Source: a bacterium
Lineage (GTDB): Bacteria > Bacillota > Clostridia > Christensenellales > Borkfalkiaceae
NCBI GenBank assembly: GCA_963660735.1
Contig: CAVLAV010000001.1
Coordinates: forward strand, 1-32,789
Direction of reading: 5' to 3'
Length of the DNA stretch: 32,789 nt
Position 1 is the first letter of the stretch. Every line of letters begins with the position of its first letter. This document shows positions 1 to 11,600 of the stretch, piece by piece. The position numbers and the translations under genes were made by a program. A model generated the notes under the pieces. That model saw only the letters and a program-made list of their open reading frames with translations, was not told where the DNA came from and did no database searches.

Positions 1-2
1 AC

Positions 3-1400
3 AATTCCATAAACTTAGAGATTACGGAAAAGCAGCAGGAATTTATTGAGGCAGACGCAACGGAGGTATTGTTCGGCGGCGCGGCGGGCGGTGGCAAAAG
101 TTACGGGCAGGTTATCGACGCTATGCTGTACGCGCTGAAATATCCGAAAAGCAAGCAGATTATATTCAGAAAGACCTATCCTGAGTTGGAGCGTTCTATT
201 CTTCGTACAATGCTTGCGGTTTATCCGAGAGGGAAATATTCCTATAATCAAACGGCGCACACGTTCACGTTTATCAACGGCAGCATAATCGACTGCGGGT
301 ATCTTCAAAACGAAACCGACGTGTATAACTATCAATCGGCAGAATACGACGTTATCCGCTTTGACGAGTTGACGCATTTCACGGACTTCACCTACACATA
401 TATGCTTTCGCGTTTAAGAGGTGCAAACGGCTATCCGAAATATATGAAATCGTCCACGAACCCGACAGGTGCGGGGCGCGTTTGGGTTAAAGAACGTTTC
501 GTCGATATAGGCGAGTGGAACAAGCCGCACGACGTGGTTATAGGTTACAGACCAGACGGACAGCCGATTATTTCTCGCCGCATATTCATTCCGAGCAAGG
601 TTTACGATAACCTCTTTCTTATGGAAAAAGATCCAGATTACGTTTTACGTCTTGAAAACCTGCCAGACAGCGAAAAACAAGGGTTGCTAAACGGCGAGTG
701 GGACTACTTCGAGGGGCAATATTTTGAGGAATTTCGGCGCGAAATACACGTTTGTACACCGTTTGCTATTCCTCCCGAATGGCGGCGGTACAGAGTTTTC
801 GACTACGGACTTGATATGTTGGCTTGCTACTGGGTTGCCGTGGATAACCTGCACAACTGCTATTTTTACCGAGAATTGTGCGAAAGCGATTTGCCTATAT
901 CGACCGCCGCCCAGAAAATACTCGATTTTACGGACGAAAACGAGAAGATATACGCAACGCTCGCGCCGCCAGATTTATGGGGCAGAAGTCAGGAAACGGG
1001 CAAAGGGAAAAATACATTGTTTTATGAGGCGGGACTGGAACTCACGAAATCGAGCAACGATAGAGAGGCGGGCTGGCTTGCGCTTAAAGAACTTATGAAA
1101 CCCAATGCCGACGGTGTATCGCGACTGCATATCTTTTCAAATTGCAAGTGGCTTATAAAATACCTGCCAGAATTGCAACGCGACGAGAAACACCCGACAG
1201 ACTGCGCAACCGAGCCGCACGAAATTACGCACAGTCCAGACGCTGCAAGGTATTTTGCCGTTTACTGGACGCGCCCTGCGGCGGCAGAAAGCGATAGACG
1301 CGTCAAATACAGACCTGACGAACTGGAAGATTACAGAAATGCCAGAACGCAGGAAGAACGAGATATTATAATCAAACGCAAGGGAGGTAAACCGTTATAA
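3..1400 (+). CDS. terL: Terminase large subunit, 5'-truncated by the window edge
   Basis: The frame is open from nt 3 (NSINLEITEKQQEFIEADATEVLFGG...), so the TTG at 69 used in the ORF track is internal. Walker A GGAAGGGKS is at 75-101, with Walker-B-like YDVIRFDELTHF. The C-terminal half looks like an RNase-H-type nuclease (RVFDYGLDMLACYW, ITHSPDAARYF). Stop TAA at 1398-1400. Confidence 0.9.
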   Translation, partial: NSINLEITEKQQEFIEADATEVLFGGAAGGGKSYGQVIDAMLYALKYPKSKQIIFRKTYPELERSILRTMLAVYPRGKYSYNQTAHTFTFINGSIIDCGYLQNETDVYNYQSAEYDVIRFDELTHFTDFTYTYMLSRLRGANGYPKYMKSSTNPTGAGRVWVKERFVDIGEWNKPHDVVIGYRPDGQPIISRRIFIPSKVYDNLFLMEKDPDYVLRLENLPDSEKQGLLNGEWDYFEGQYFEEFRREIHVCTPFAIPPEWRRYRVFDYGLDMLACYWVAVDNLHNCYFYRELCESDLPISTAAQKILDFTDENEKIYATLAPPDLWGRSQETGKGKNTLFYEAGLELTKSSNDREAGWLALKELMKPNADGVSRLHIFSNCKWLIKYLPELQRDEKHPTDCATEPHEITHSPDAARYFAVYWTRPAAAESDRRVKYRPDELEDYRNARTQEERDIIIKRKGGKPL

Positions 1401-3370
1401 TGCGTGTAGATAAAGACAATAAACTTCAATTTTTTAAGGACTTGTTTGAAAACGCTAAGGGGCAGCAGACAGCCCTCCGCGACGATTTCGACAAGTGGAG
1501 CAAGCAGTACAAGGGCGATTTAACTATCGACAACAGCGACGAGCCCGCGCTTACAGGCAGAAACATTACTTACGAACTTATCGAGAGCCAGTTTTCAAGT
1601 TATTTGCCCTCTACCGCGGTAACGCCAGAGGTGTATTCCGAACGTAACGACAGGAACGCGAAAAGCATAGAAAGACTGCTTAAAAATAAGCGTAATCGAC
1701 TGCCTTTCGAGAAAATGAACGACATAGACGAACGGTATTCCCCGATTTACGGCGGCAGTATCTGGCTTGTTGAGTGGGATAACTCGATAAAGACACATAA
1801 CACGGTGGGCGACGTTAAAATAACGTGCTGGTCGCCGTCGCATTTCGTCGGGCAGCCTTGCATTTACGATATTGACGATATGGAATACTGCTTTATTACG
1901 TTTGAAACCACGAAAGAGGACTTAGTGCGTAAGTATGGCGTTTCAATAGACGTGGCAGACGACACCGAAAGCGAAAATGGCGGCGAAACTGACGAAACCG
2001 CAACCGTCAACGTTTGCTATTACAAAAACGACGAAGATAAAATCTGCCAATATATTTGGTCGGGCGATACCGAATTGCAGGACATTGAGGACTATTATTC
2101 GCGTAAGGTGTATGTTTGCAAGAACTGCGGGCGGCGTAAAGAATTATGCACCTGTGACAAGCCAGACTATGAATTGCAAGACGACGAATACGAGGAACTC
2201 GACCACGATATTGTACTTTCCGACGGCAGCGTGATACCCGCCGCCTCGCCTGTTATGAAAGACGGGCAAGTTTTAATGGAAGAATCGCAACAGCAAGCCG
2301 TTTTAGAGGACGGCAGCGTGGCTATGGACGAAGTAAACGGCATAATGATACCCGCTACCGTTCCAGTACAAGTGCCGAAACTCGAACGCACGAAACTGCC
2401 GTACTACACGCCGTCGAAATTTCCTATCATTATCAGGAAAAACACGTCGCAAGAGGATAGTCTTTTCGGTCAGTCCGATTGCGAGTTTATTCGTCCGCAA
2501 CAGCAGGCTATCAACAAAATCGAGAGCCGTATTCTTGAAAAACTTATGAACGCGGGCGTATACCCTACTGCGCCAGAAGATTATATCGGACAATTCGATA
2601 ACGGACTGTATAAGAACGTTATTAAAGTAGGCGAGGGAAATTATAAATTGTTCGGGCGCATTGATTTGCAGGTAGATTTAGGTCAGGATATTTCACAGTC
2701 GGAGCGGCTTTACCAACAATCAAAGCGCATTATGGGTATAACAGACAGTTATCAGGGGCAAGCCGATTCAACGGCTCAAAGCGGCAAGGCAAAGCAAATT
2801 CAGGTCAACCAGTCGGCTGGGCGGCTTGACAGCAAACGAAAAATGAAAAATGCCGCTTATGCCGAAATAGACGAGGTAATCTTCCTTTACTATCTTGCTT
2901 ATGCCGACGAGCCGCGCATTATGTCTTACGTTGACAGTATGGGCAGACTGCAAAACGCTCAATTCAATCGCTATGATTTTATCGAACGCGACGAGAACGG
3001 CGAATATTACTACAACACACAATATTTATTCGGAACGGACACTACGGGCGACGTAGAACAGTCAAGGGAAACGATTTGGAGCGAAAACCGCTTGAATTTC
3101 CAAAACGGCTGTTACGGAAACCCGCAAGAACTCGAAACGCTGCTTATTTTCTGGCAACAAATGGAAAAGCACCACTATCCAGACGCGAGAGATATGGTAG
3201 AGCGTATCAGAGGCATTATAGAGGCGCAAAGACAGCAACTCGAACAGCAACTTGCAGCGGAACAGCAGAAAAACCAAGACTTGCAAACGCAGGCATATAT
3301 AGAAAAAGAGCGTGCGGACGGCGCAGAGGGTTATCTGGACTACATAAGCAAACTGGGAGGTAAAGCATAA
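1400..3370 (+). CDS. Portal protein (putative)
   Basis: A 656-aa ORF directly after terL. Its ATG overlaps the terL stop (TAATG, 1398-1402) behind GGGAGG (1382-1387). The C-terminus is Q/E-rich and helical (QRQQLEQQLAAEQQKNQDLQ). The call rests on size and synteny, not on a named motif. Confidence 0.65.
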   Translation: MRVDKDNKLQFFKDLFENAKGQQTALRDDFDKWSKQYKGDLTIDNSDEPALTGRNITYELIESQFSSYLPSTAVTPEVYSERNDRNAKSIERLLKNKRNRLPFEKMNDIDERYSPIYGGSIWLVEWDNSIKTHNTVGDVKITCWSPSHFVGQPCIYDIDDMEYCFITFETTKEDLVRKYGVSIDVADDTESENGGETDETATVNVCYYKNDEDKICQYIWSGDTELQDIEDYYSRKVYVCKNCGRRKELCTCDKPDYELQDDEYEELDHDIVLSDGSVIPAASPVMKDGQVLMEESQQQAVLEDGSVAMDEVNGIMIPATVPVQVPKLERTKLPYYTPSKFPIIIRKNTSQEDSLFGQSDCEFIRPQQQAINKIESRILEKLMNAGVYPTAPEDYIGQFDNGLYKNVIKVGEGNYKLFGRIDLQVDLGQDISQSERLYQQSKRIMGITDSYQGQADSTAQSGKAKQIQVNQSAGRLDSKRKMKNAAYAEIDEVIFLYYLAYADEPRIMSYVDSMGRLQNAQFNRYDFIERDENGEYYYNTQYLFGTDTTGDVEQSRETIWSENRLNFQNGCYGNPQELETLLIFWQQMEKHHYPDARDMVERIRGIIEAQRQQLEQQLAAEQQKNQDLQTQAYIEKERADGAEGYLDYISKLGGKA

Positions 3371-5640
3371 TGGCAAAGAATATCCTTAACCAAAATTTGG
3401 CGTTAGGAACTGGTATAACGACAAATAAGACGAAAAAGATAAACAGCAGTACTGGTGGCTTGTATGCCGATTTTATCGGGAATACGGGCAGCGCGAAGAA
3501 TGTAACACTGCCTACGATAAATACGGGAAACGTAGGTTATGGCGATTTTATCAACGTTGCAACTCCATCTGTAAACAGTAAAAGCGGATATGTGGGGGCA
3601 TACACAGGCGAAGATACAAAACTTTCCAGCGTAACGCCCGCCGTGTCTGCTGTTAAGACTACGCCCTCTTACGGTTATAGCGATTACATAGGCGAGATAA
3701 CAAATCAGCCCGTACTTTCAACCTCGTTAAAAAATCAGGTGGAAATAAAGAAACCTGACTTTGCCAGCGGAGTAGTCGGAACAGTGGGCGGCGGCTTTTC
3801 AGGCGGCAATAAAGGCGGCGTAACGGACGAGGGCGTTATTGTGGGTAACCCGACCGTAGAAACAATGCCCGCAATCAAAACGTCTGGCGGTAGTAGTTCG
3901 TCGAGCAAAGCCGCGACTGAAAACGCAGATAATTTTGCGCCAGCGATACGAGAGATAATCGAGAATTTATATCCCGAAAAAAAGCAATCTACCGCAAAAT
4001 ATGCAGATTTTATAGATACGTCTAATCAATCGGTATCGGCAGAGAAAGCGGAGGCAACCACGCCCACAACTACGCCTGCAACACAAGCGCAAGCAGAAGA
4101 AACAAAAGCCGCTGAAACCGCGAACACGGCAACTGCCGCCGCCCAAGCCGAAGAAAGTAAGAGCGAGGACAGCAAAATGTCCTATGAGGACTATATTGCC
4201 GAAATGAAAAAGGGATATCAGGAACAACTCGACGCCGCAAACAAGCAGGCTGAGCAGACGAAAGCCCGCGCTATGGCAAACGCCGAAAATGCCTACGCAC
4301 AGAATAAAGCAACTTATGGAACAAACGCCGAAACGCTGGCTCAAATGGGCTTGACGGGCGGCGGCTATTCCGATTATTTACAAGCACAGGCTTACGCACA
4401 GAAACGTGCAGACGCTCAGGCTGCTACGGCGCAGGAAATCGCCTCTAAATCAAATAATCAAGCAACGTATCAGCAATATATTCAGGCGATGAACGAAAAA
4501 CTTGCAGATAAAATTCTTTACGACGAACGTCTTGCCGATCAGCGCAAGTATCAAGAAGAACAAACAAAAGCCGAAAGCGATAGAGAATATACAAAAAATA
4601 TTTACAATACGCTTTGGAGTGCTGTTCAGGACACGAACACCACTTATACGCCAGAAAGCATTAAAGCGTTAGGCGAAAAGGCAGGGCTGTCAAATGAAGA
4701 TATTACAACATTGACAAATATGCTTAACGCAACGCTTGCGCGAAAAACAGAGGAAGAGAAAAAGACGCAAGAGGAAGAAGAAAAAGTTAAAAATGAGGCG
4801 TTTGCGAAGAGCAGTTCGGCGGTTGCAGCAGATACAATTTCTTATATTGTTGCAAATAACGGTGGGCAATCTGAATATATCGAAAGTTTGAAATCTAACC
4901 TTACCGAGGAAGATTATAATAAACTTGTTTCTCAGAATCAGAAGAGCACGAGCGAATATTATACAACGGCAATAAAATCGGGCTACAATGTGAACACAAA
5001 CGAAATAGACAATATGTACAAAAAAGGCAATTTGTCCGAGGCTCAATACAACAAAATAAAGGCTCTTTGGAATGAATCGAGTATTGCGACAGATAATTCC
5101 GCTTTTGCTGACGGAAACGGGTATACGCTTTCTTTCAAAGACGCAAAAACGGTTATGAATACGGCAAAATCAAGTCAATGGATAAATGACGCGAATAAAA
5201 AAGCAATTGAATCAACCTATATGCGCCTTTACGCAAAGGATATAGCGAACGAAATAATGGTAAAATCGTCGGCAAAGGAAAAAGGCGGAAACGTCGTTGA
5301 TATTTATGCGTCCGACTTTAATACAAAAAAATTCGGCAGTTATAGCGGTATGGGCAAGTCGGGAAATACGCAAGAAAAATATGCTCAGTCTATCGTTTCG
5401 GACGCTAAGTCGGGCAAAATCAAAGCAGGCGATTACGTTATAATGAATTACGGAAACACTTGGGATGTCGAATGTATATATGTGTATATAGGCGACGGTA
5501 TATTTGTTAAGGCTAAGGACGGAAACGATAGTACCTATTTAAGCGGGGGGAAATTTGCAAGCGGTGTAAATTTCTATGTGCCGAACGGTTACAAAATCAA
5601 TATAAGTAGCAATATCGCTTTTCACGTTGATAAAAAATAG
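3370..5640 (+). CDS. Hypothetical head-module protein, 756 aa
   Basis: Translationally coupled to the portal gene (TAATG at 3368-3372, GGGAGG at 3355-3360). The N-terminal third is S/T/G-rich, the centre is A/Q/E/K-rich and coiled-coil-like, and the C-terminus looks globular. No family recognised. Confidence 0.5.
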   Translation: MAKNILNQNLALGTGITTNKTKKINSSTGGLYADFIGNTGSAKNVTLPTINTGNVGYGDFINVATPSVNSKSGYVGAYTGEDTKLSSVTPAVSAVKTTPSYGYSDYIGEITNQPVLSTSLKNQVEIKKPDFASGVVGTVGGGFSGGNKGGVTDEGVIVGNPTVETMPAIKTSGGSSSSSKAATENADNFAPAIREIIENLYPEKKQSTAKYADFIDTSNQSVSAEKAEATTPTTTPATQAQAEETKAAETANTATAAAQAEESKSEDSKMSYEDYIAEMKKGYQEQLDAANKQAEQTKARAMANAENAYAQNKATYGTNAETLAQMGLTGGGYSDYLQAQAYAQKRADAQAATAQEIASKSNNQATYQQYIQAMNEKLADKILYDERLADQRKYQEEQTKAESDREYTKNIYNTLWSAVQDTNTTYTPESIKALGEKAGLSNEDITTLTNMLNATLARKTEEEKKTQEEEEKVKNEAFAKSSSAVAADTISYIVANNGGQSEYIESLKSNLTEEDYNKLVSQNQKSTSEYYTTAIKSGYNVNTNEIDNMYKKGNLSEAQYNKIKALWNESSIATDNSAFADGNGYTLSFKDAKTVMNTAKSSQWINDANKKAIESTYMRLYAKDIANEIMVKSSAKEKGGNVVDIYASDFNTKKFGSYSGMGKSGNTQEKYAQSIVSDAKSGKIKAGDYVIMNYGNTWDVECIYVYIGDGIFVKAKDGNDSTYLSGGKFASGVNFYVPNGYKINISSNIAFHVDKK

Positions 5641-5656
5641 TTTTTAGGAGCAAAAA

Positions 5657-8600
5657 ATGGCAAAGCAATCTCTTTCGCAGATTTTTGGAAATGGAACGCA
5701 AGGTTTATCGAAAAACAAGCAAACGCTTTCTCAGGCATTCAACTTTTCGCCTACCGAACCGCGAAAAGAAGAAACGATTGATTACAATAACGGTGGTTTT
5801 CTCGGCGGCGTAGGTTATGTCGGCGGGCGTATCGGCTTAGGTGCTCTGGGTATTTTAGAGGGTATCTGGGACTATACCGCTGGCGGTATCGCTAAAATTT
5901 TTGGCGCAGACGAGTGGGCTGAACAACAGTTTGCCGACAATTTTACGGGCGATTTAACCAACGATTTGAATGAGTGGTACAACCCGTCCAAAGGCTGGCA
6001 GGTTGCAGGCGACGTCGCAGGCGGTATCGGCAACAGCCTTGTAGGTATGGCAGTTGTCGCTGGCGCGTCGCTTATATCTGGGGGAACATTGACTGCTCCT
6101 GTCGCAGCGGCTATTTCTGGCGCAACAATCGGTTTGGGAGCGGCAGGGCAATCTACCGCAGAGGCGTATCAGAAAACGGGCGAACTTGGTGGAAAAGAGT
6201 TTTTATATGGTGCTCTTTCTGGTATTACTGAGGCTGGACTTGAATATGTTTCGGGTGCGGCAGGTAAAGTCGGCGCGAAATTGTTTGCAAAACAAACGGC
6301 TAAAACCGTCGCAAAAAAGTCCATTGTGAAAGGGCTTTTAAGCGATTTTGCGGGCGAGGCTTTTGAGGAGGGAATGAGTGAAATTCTTGATCCGTATTTC
6401 CAACGCTGGACGCAAGTCGATCCCGACGCAAAAAACGCAACCGCGCAAGAGGTGGGCTATGCCGCATTGATAGGTGGTTTATCTGGCGTTATTATGGGCG
6501 GTTTTGGTGAGGCTGTTACAACCGTAAGGCAAATAAAACTCGGCAACAGTATTGCGCAAAATACTACTTCCGTAAACGAAACGCTTGATTATGCGAAAAG
6601 TTTTGCCGATTATGAACAGCAACACGCTACGGGGCGCGAAGTTTATACCGAAATTTCCGATTTGGTAACACGCTATCAGGCAGCGGATAAAGGCGACGGC
6701 ACTATATCTGTTGCACAAAAGAAAATGCTCGGTCAAATGAGCGTAGATATTGCTGCGCTTGTTCACGACGAGGGTATACAACGCAGCAAACAAAATATTG
6801 TTGCTAATGCCGACGAACTCGTCAACGCTATCAATGCGAGAGGTTATAAGGACGCAGACGGTAATGTAATTCATTTCGCAAATGCTCAGGAATTTGTCAA
6901 CAACGACGCGATTGTAACAAGGTTTGCAACAATGGACTACCTCGGACATTTACTTATGAGCAAAGATTCCGTTTATGACGCTATTTCAAATAAGCGGGCG
7001 GGCGAAATAATGCAAGCCGATTTTCGTAATTTCCAGAAAGAAGCAACGCCGCAGCAGAAAAAGAGCATAAACGACCTTTTCGGGATAGACGTTGACTCTA
7101 TTACTTACGACGATTTCGTAGATAAAATTCAAACAACGAATAGCGAAGTGCTTACGAGTAAAAAAGCCGAACTGTCGGCTATGTCGGCAGCGAAAAAGGA
7201 AATCGCGCGTGTTATCAATACAAACGAGGCGGTGGCAGACGCAGACACAATTACCGAAAAAACGGCATTTAAGGACGGTATAAGCGTATTTAAGGTAGGC
7301 GAAAAGACTTATGCAGGTATATCGAAAACTGCCGACGGGAAATATATGCTTTATTTAGACGGTAATATTTCTCACGTTCTTACGAAAACCGAACTCGTCA
7401 ACGCTATAAAAGCCCTTGTAACGCCACAGTCTGCCGCGACAAACGCTCAAACGAACGTCGGGCAGCCGCAACAGGCAAAACAAGCCGCCGCCCCCACTGT
7501 TGAAAATACGGAGGGGCAATCTTTCGTTGCGAAAAATACTGAGGCGACGAAAGAAAACGCGGCTCAGGGCGATAAAAAGTCTGTAAAACAGGCTGAAAAA
7601 GTAAAGGCTAAGAAGAAAAAGACTGCCAAAGAGAAAACCGAAAGTAAAAAAGCGGTGGAAAAATCGACGGAAACGAAAAAGACGACCGAAAAATCAACCG
7701 AAAAGGCGGCTGAGCCGAAGAAAGCGGAAAAAGAAACCACCAAAAAATCGGAGAGCGGCAAAGAAACGACCGAAAACAACGCAGACAACACCAATAGACA
7801 AAAAGAAATAAACAAACTGAAAGAAAGCCCCGTTGCGACGGAGCGCGTTATGGGCGAACTGTGCGATTTAGGCGTTGTTGATTACGATAAGGTTATTAAC
7901 ACGCAAGACGGACAGAATATCGACGCCGTTGCCGAGTACGCAATGGGCGATTTATCCGATTATGAACGGCAGGGCTTATATTCAGCAAAATCGCTGGCGA
8001 AAGCAATTTCCGAGCACGCCGACGAAATACGCGCGGGTAAAAAGCCTTACGTCGAAATTATGGATAGGGCAATCGAACTCGACGGCAAGCAAATGCCGAA
8101 ATGGTACAAAGAACAATATCATTCACAAAGCGCGGAAAGCACCGAACGGGCGGCGGCTAAGCCTACCCAAAAGAGCGAAACGTCAGAGAAAAAGTCTGCC
8201 GCAAAGAAAAGACCTAAACTCGATAAAGCGCGCGAAAGGCTTGTTTCCTTAACGCTGTCAAAAGACGTTCGGGAAAATTTACGCGGCGCGTATGTTATGA
8301 ACGGCGTTCAATATGTGGGCGACGGACTTTTTTGCGCTGCCTATACAGATACCGTGAGCGGGCTTACCGAGGCAAAGGGCGGTATTGATTTCGGGAACAT
8401 TATGGATAAATACAGGAACAGTAACGATATGCGCGAGGTTGTTATAGACGCAGACGCTATCCGTGCGGTTGTTCCCGCTAAAAAGTCCGAATTATCCATA
8501 AGTAAAATCGGCGACACTTACTATAACACGAAACTGGTGAGCCGAGTTATCGACACAATCGACAGTCCGCAGGCTTTTCTTACAGAACATAAACAAACAA

Positions 8601-11600
8601 AAGACGGTTTTAATATAGACGTGCTGTATATCAAAGGCAAAAACGGCGACGCTTGCATTATGCCTATGAAGCCTATGAATGGCGAAAGAATTAAAAGCGA
8701 TAGCGTAAAAATTGATTACACCGCGTCTTTTGCGGACGGAACGCAAGCCGCCGCCAAGACGGAGCAGACCGCAAAGCCAGTCAAGCAATCGAAAGCGAAA
8801 AAACAAGCCGAAAGCACGACTAAGACCGAAACAACGGATAAAAGCGCTGGAACGGAACTTAAAAAGGGTTTTGCCGACGGTAAAGGATATAAAGATTTCA
8901 CCGTTAAAGAATTTAAGGCTTTATCGAAAGACGTTCAGGCTTATTTTAGGGGCAAAGAGGCTTATTCCAAGAGTAAAAAGGGAAACGGAAAAGCAGTCGT
9001 GCTTATTCAGGGCGGCGAATTTTACACCGCGCTTTTCGACGACGCAAAGACGGTTTCGGACGCACTTTCGCTTACTCTTACGGGCAAAAATTCACAGGCG
9101 TATAGCGAACGTATTCAAACGACGGCTTTTTCTGTTGCTCAATTTGACGAAATGCAGTCAAAACTTGCCGCTGTTGGTTATGACGTTATAAAGACGAGTA
9201 TAGACAATCAGGGCGCAGGCACGTTGTATCAGGCAAAAACAGCCGATAGCGCGGCGAAAGAGGTTGCCGCGACGGACGCAACGGCAAAGACTGAAAAAGC
9301 CGCAAAAACGACCAAAAAGCAGGCTGATTTCGGAGAGAAAATCGGCGGTGCGCGTAAGGACGAATGGGCGGCGCGAGGGCTTACCTCTGCCGATATGGAG
9401 GGAATGAACGCTCGCGAAATTCAGAAGTATGCCAAGAAAGAGCGCGTGTGGAAACGTCCGAACTGGGAGCAGGTTGTTGCCGACGGCGGCGACAGAGGTT
9501 TATTGTACGCTCAAAACGAAATTTACAAATCTTTGGATACAACGCCGTCCTCGGCTTTCAGTTATCGGAATAAGTCCGAGGCAGATATTCTCGCTGCCGC
9601 GAAACTCTATGCCGACGAAATTACTGAGATTCGGAAAATGGCAGAAAATGCCAAGACTGCCGAAGATTTCAAGGATATGGGCGTAAAGTGGATAACCGAA
9701 AAAGGATATGCCGAACTCAAAAACGGTCGCTTGACGTGGACAGATAAATATTATCATAGCCCCGCACTTTACGGCGCACAATATCTGGGCGTTGTAGAGA
9801 GGGTGGCAAAACGTTTTGACAGCCTTAGCGAAAGTGCGCTTATGGAGGGGTTCGGCGTTCCGTCGGACAGTAAATTGCCGCGCGGATATGAAATTCGCAA
9901 GACCAGCAATTCGTTTTACGGCAGTAAAGCGGAAACGGGCAATTATTATATCGTCAAAAGCGGCTATCGCGTCGCCGTAGGCTTTAACACGGTTGAAGAG
10001 GCTATCGCTTACGGTAAAGAGCATTTCGGAACGGCTACGACGGCGGCAAAAGCGGGTAAACAGAGATATGTGCCCGAACAACTGTCAGAAGTGCACCGTG
10101 AGGGGCTCGATTATCGTCAGGGCAGAGATATTGCAGGCGACGACTATATACGCGACTTCGGAATAAAAGGCGGCGAATTTGGCAACTGGCTTTCCGAACT
10201 CGACAGAAAAACCTCGCTTAATTACGGCTACGACGCATTTTGCGACTTAGCAGACGCGCTCAGTATGGAAAAGACGGATATTTCGCTTAACGGAACGCTT
10301 AATATCGGTTTCGGCTCTCGCGGTCAAGGCTTAACGGGTGCGGCGGCACATTATGAGCCGTTGAGAAAGGTTATCAACCTTACGAAAATGAACGGCGCAG
10401 GCTCTCTTGCCCACGAGTGGTGGCACGCGTTCGAGGACTATATTTCGGGTGATACACACCAGTCGCAAATGTCGAGCGATTTAAGTAAGTTGCCGACAAA
10501 TACAAGAACTGCCGCCACCGAACTTATAAACACTATGCTTTATCGCGACGGTACGGTGGAAGAAAACGCTCTTGCAAGCCAAAAGCAAGCAGATAGAAAC
10601 CAGCAACGGCTGAAATATTATCTTGACAATAATTTTGCGGCATTAAACGGTAAAATGAGCAAGGAAACAATGCAAAATTATGTCAATCAAAAGTATTACA
10701 AGCGTATGGCGACCGAGGCAGATTTCAAACGTTTTGCCGAACTTAAAGAGCAGGCGCGTAAAGGCGACGTTCAGGCTGTTGCGAAATTCTATGACAACAA
10801 GCGTTCCGTAGTAGACGATTTGAGCGATTTGCAGAAAGAAATTACGGGTAAGGGCTTATCGAAAGAGGAAAGGCTCTCGCTTGCGCACGCCGTTCAGGAC
10901 GCAGGCTTAAAACCCGACGTTAAAGTAAAAGAGAAAACGGAATATTACAAAGACGCAATGAAATTAAGCACCGCAAGTCAAAAAGACGGCGGGTACTGGG
11001 ATTCTAACTGCGAAATGCTCGCAAGGGCGTTCGCGTCCTATATAACCGATAAAACGGCAAAGTCCAACGATTACCTTTCTGGGCATTCCGAGGGTGCGGT
11101 TCTTGCAGACGACGGAACGGTAGCGTATATAATGCCGCGAGGCGAAGAAAGAACGCGTATAAACGCGGCTTTCGATAAATTGTTTGCCGCCGCCAAAGAG
11201 GACGGACTTATCCACGAGAGTACGTCCGAAAAGCCGAAAAATACTTCCCGTTATGCGCTTTCCGAACAGGCAGAACTTAACAGTCAACCCGCAGGAAACA
11301 AAAGTCAGACCTTAAAACCGCTCGAAATGAAACGTGCCGAAATTTACGCAAGAAACAACGTAAAAGGCTACGAAAACCTTACTTACGGTGAGAAATTAGA
11401 GGTTGAGTGGACTATCGCGTCTGGGTGGCGTTATGGCGTGGATAACGTCAAAATAAAGCAAACGGCACAAATTGCCGCCGATACGGGTACTGGCATAGGG
11501 TTTGCAGATATTTCCGCTAAGAGCAGCGACGGTAAAGCGAAAGCCGTTGACGGCGTATGTTACTCGCGCAGCGGGCATAATACGATTTATTTAAGCCCCG

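Noticed and set aside
5380-5560. An NlpC/P60-like look at the C-terminus of the 756-aa protein (KAGDYVIMNYG...CIYVYIGDGIFVKA).
   Set aside because: It resembles only the GD...YIG.G..hA strand pattern. The catalytic Cys motif and the His are not present. It is probably just a small beta domain.
7560-7800. Repetitive GAAAA/ACCGAAAA-rich DNA, considered as a tandem repeat or VNTR.
   Set aside because: The repeats are imperfect and stay in frame. The region encodes a K/E/T-rich low-complexity linker (KTESKKAVEKSTETKKTTEKSTEKAAEPKKAEKETTKK) of the giant protein.
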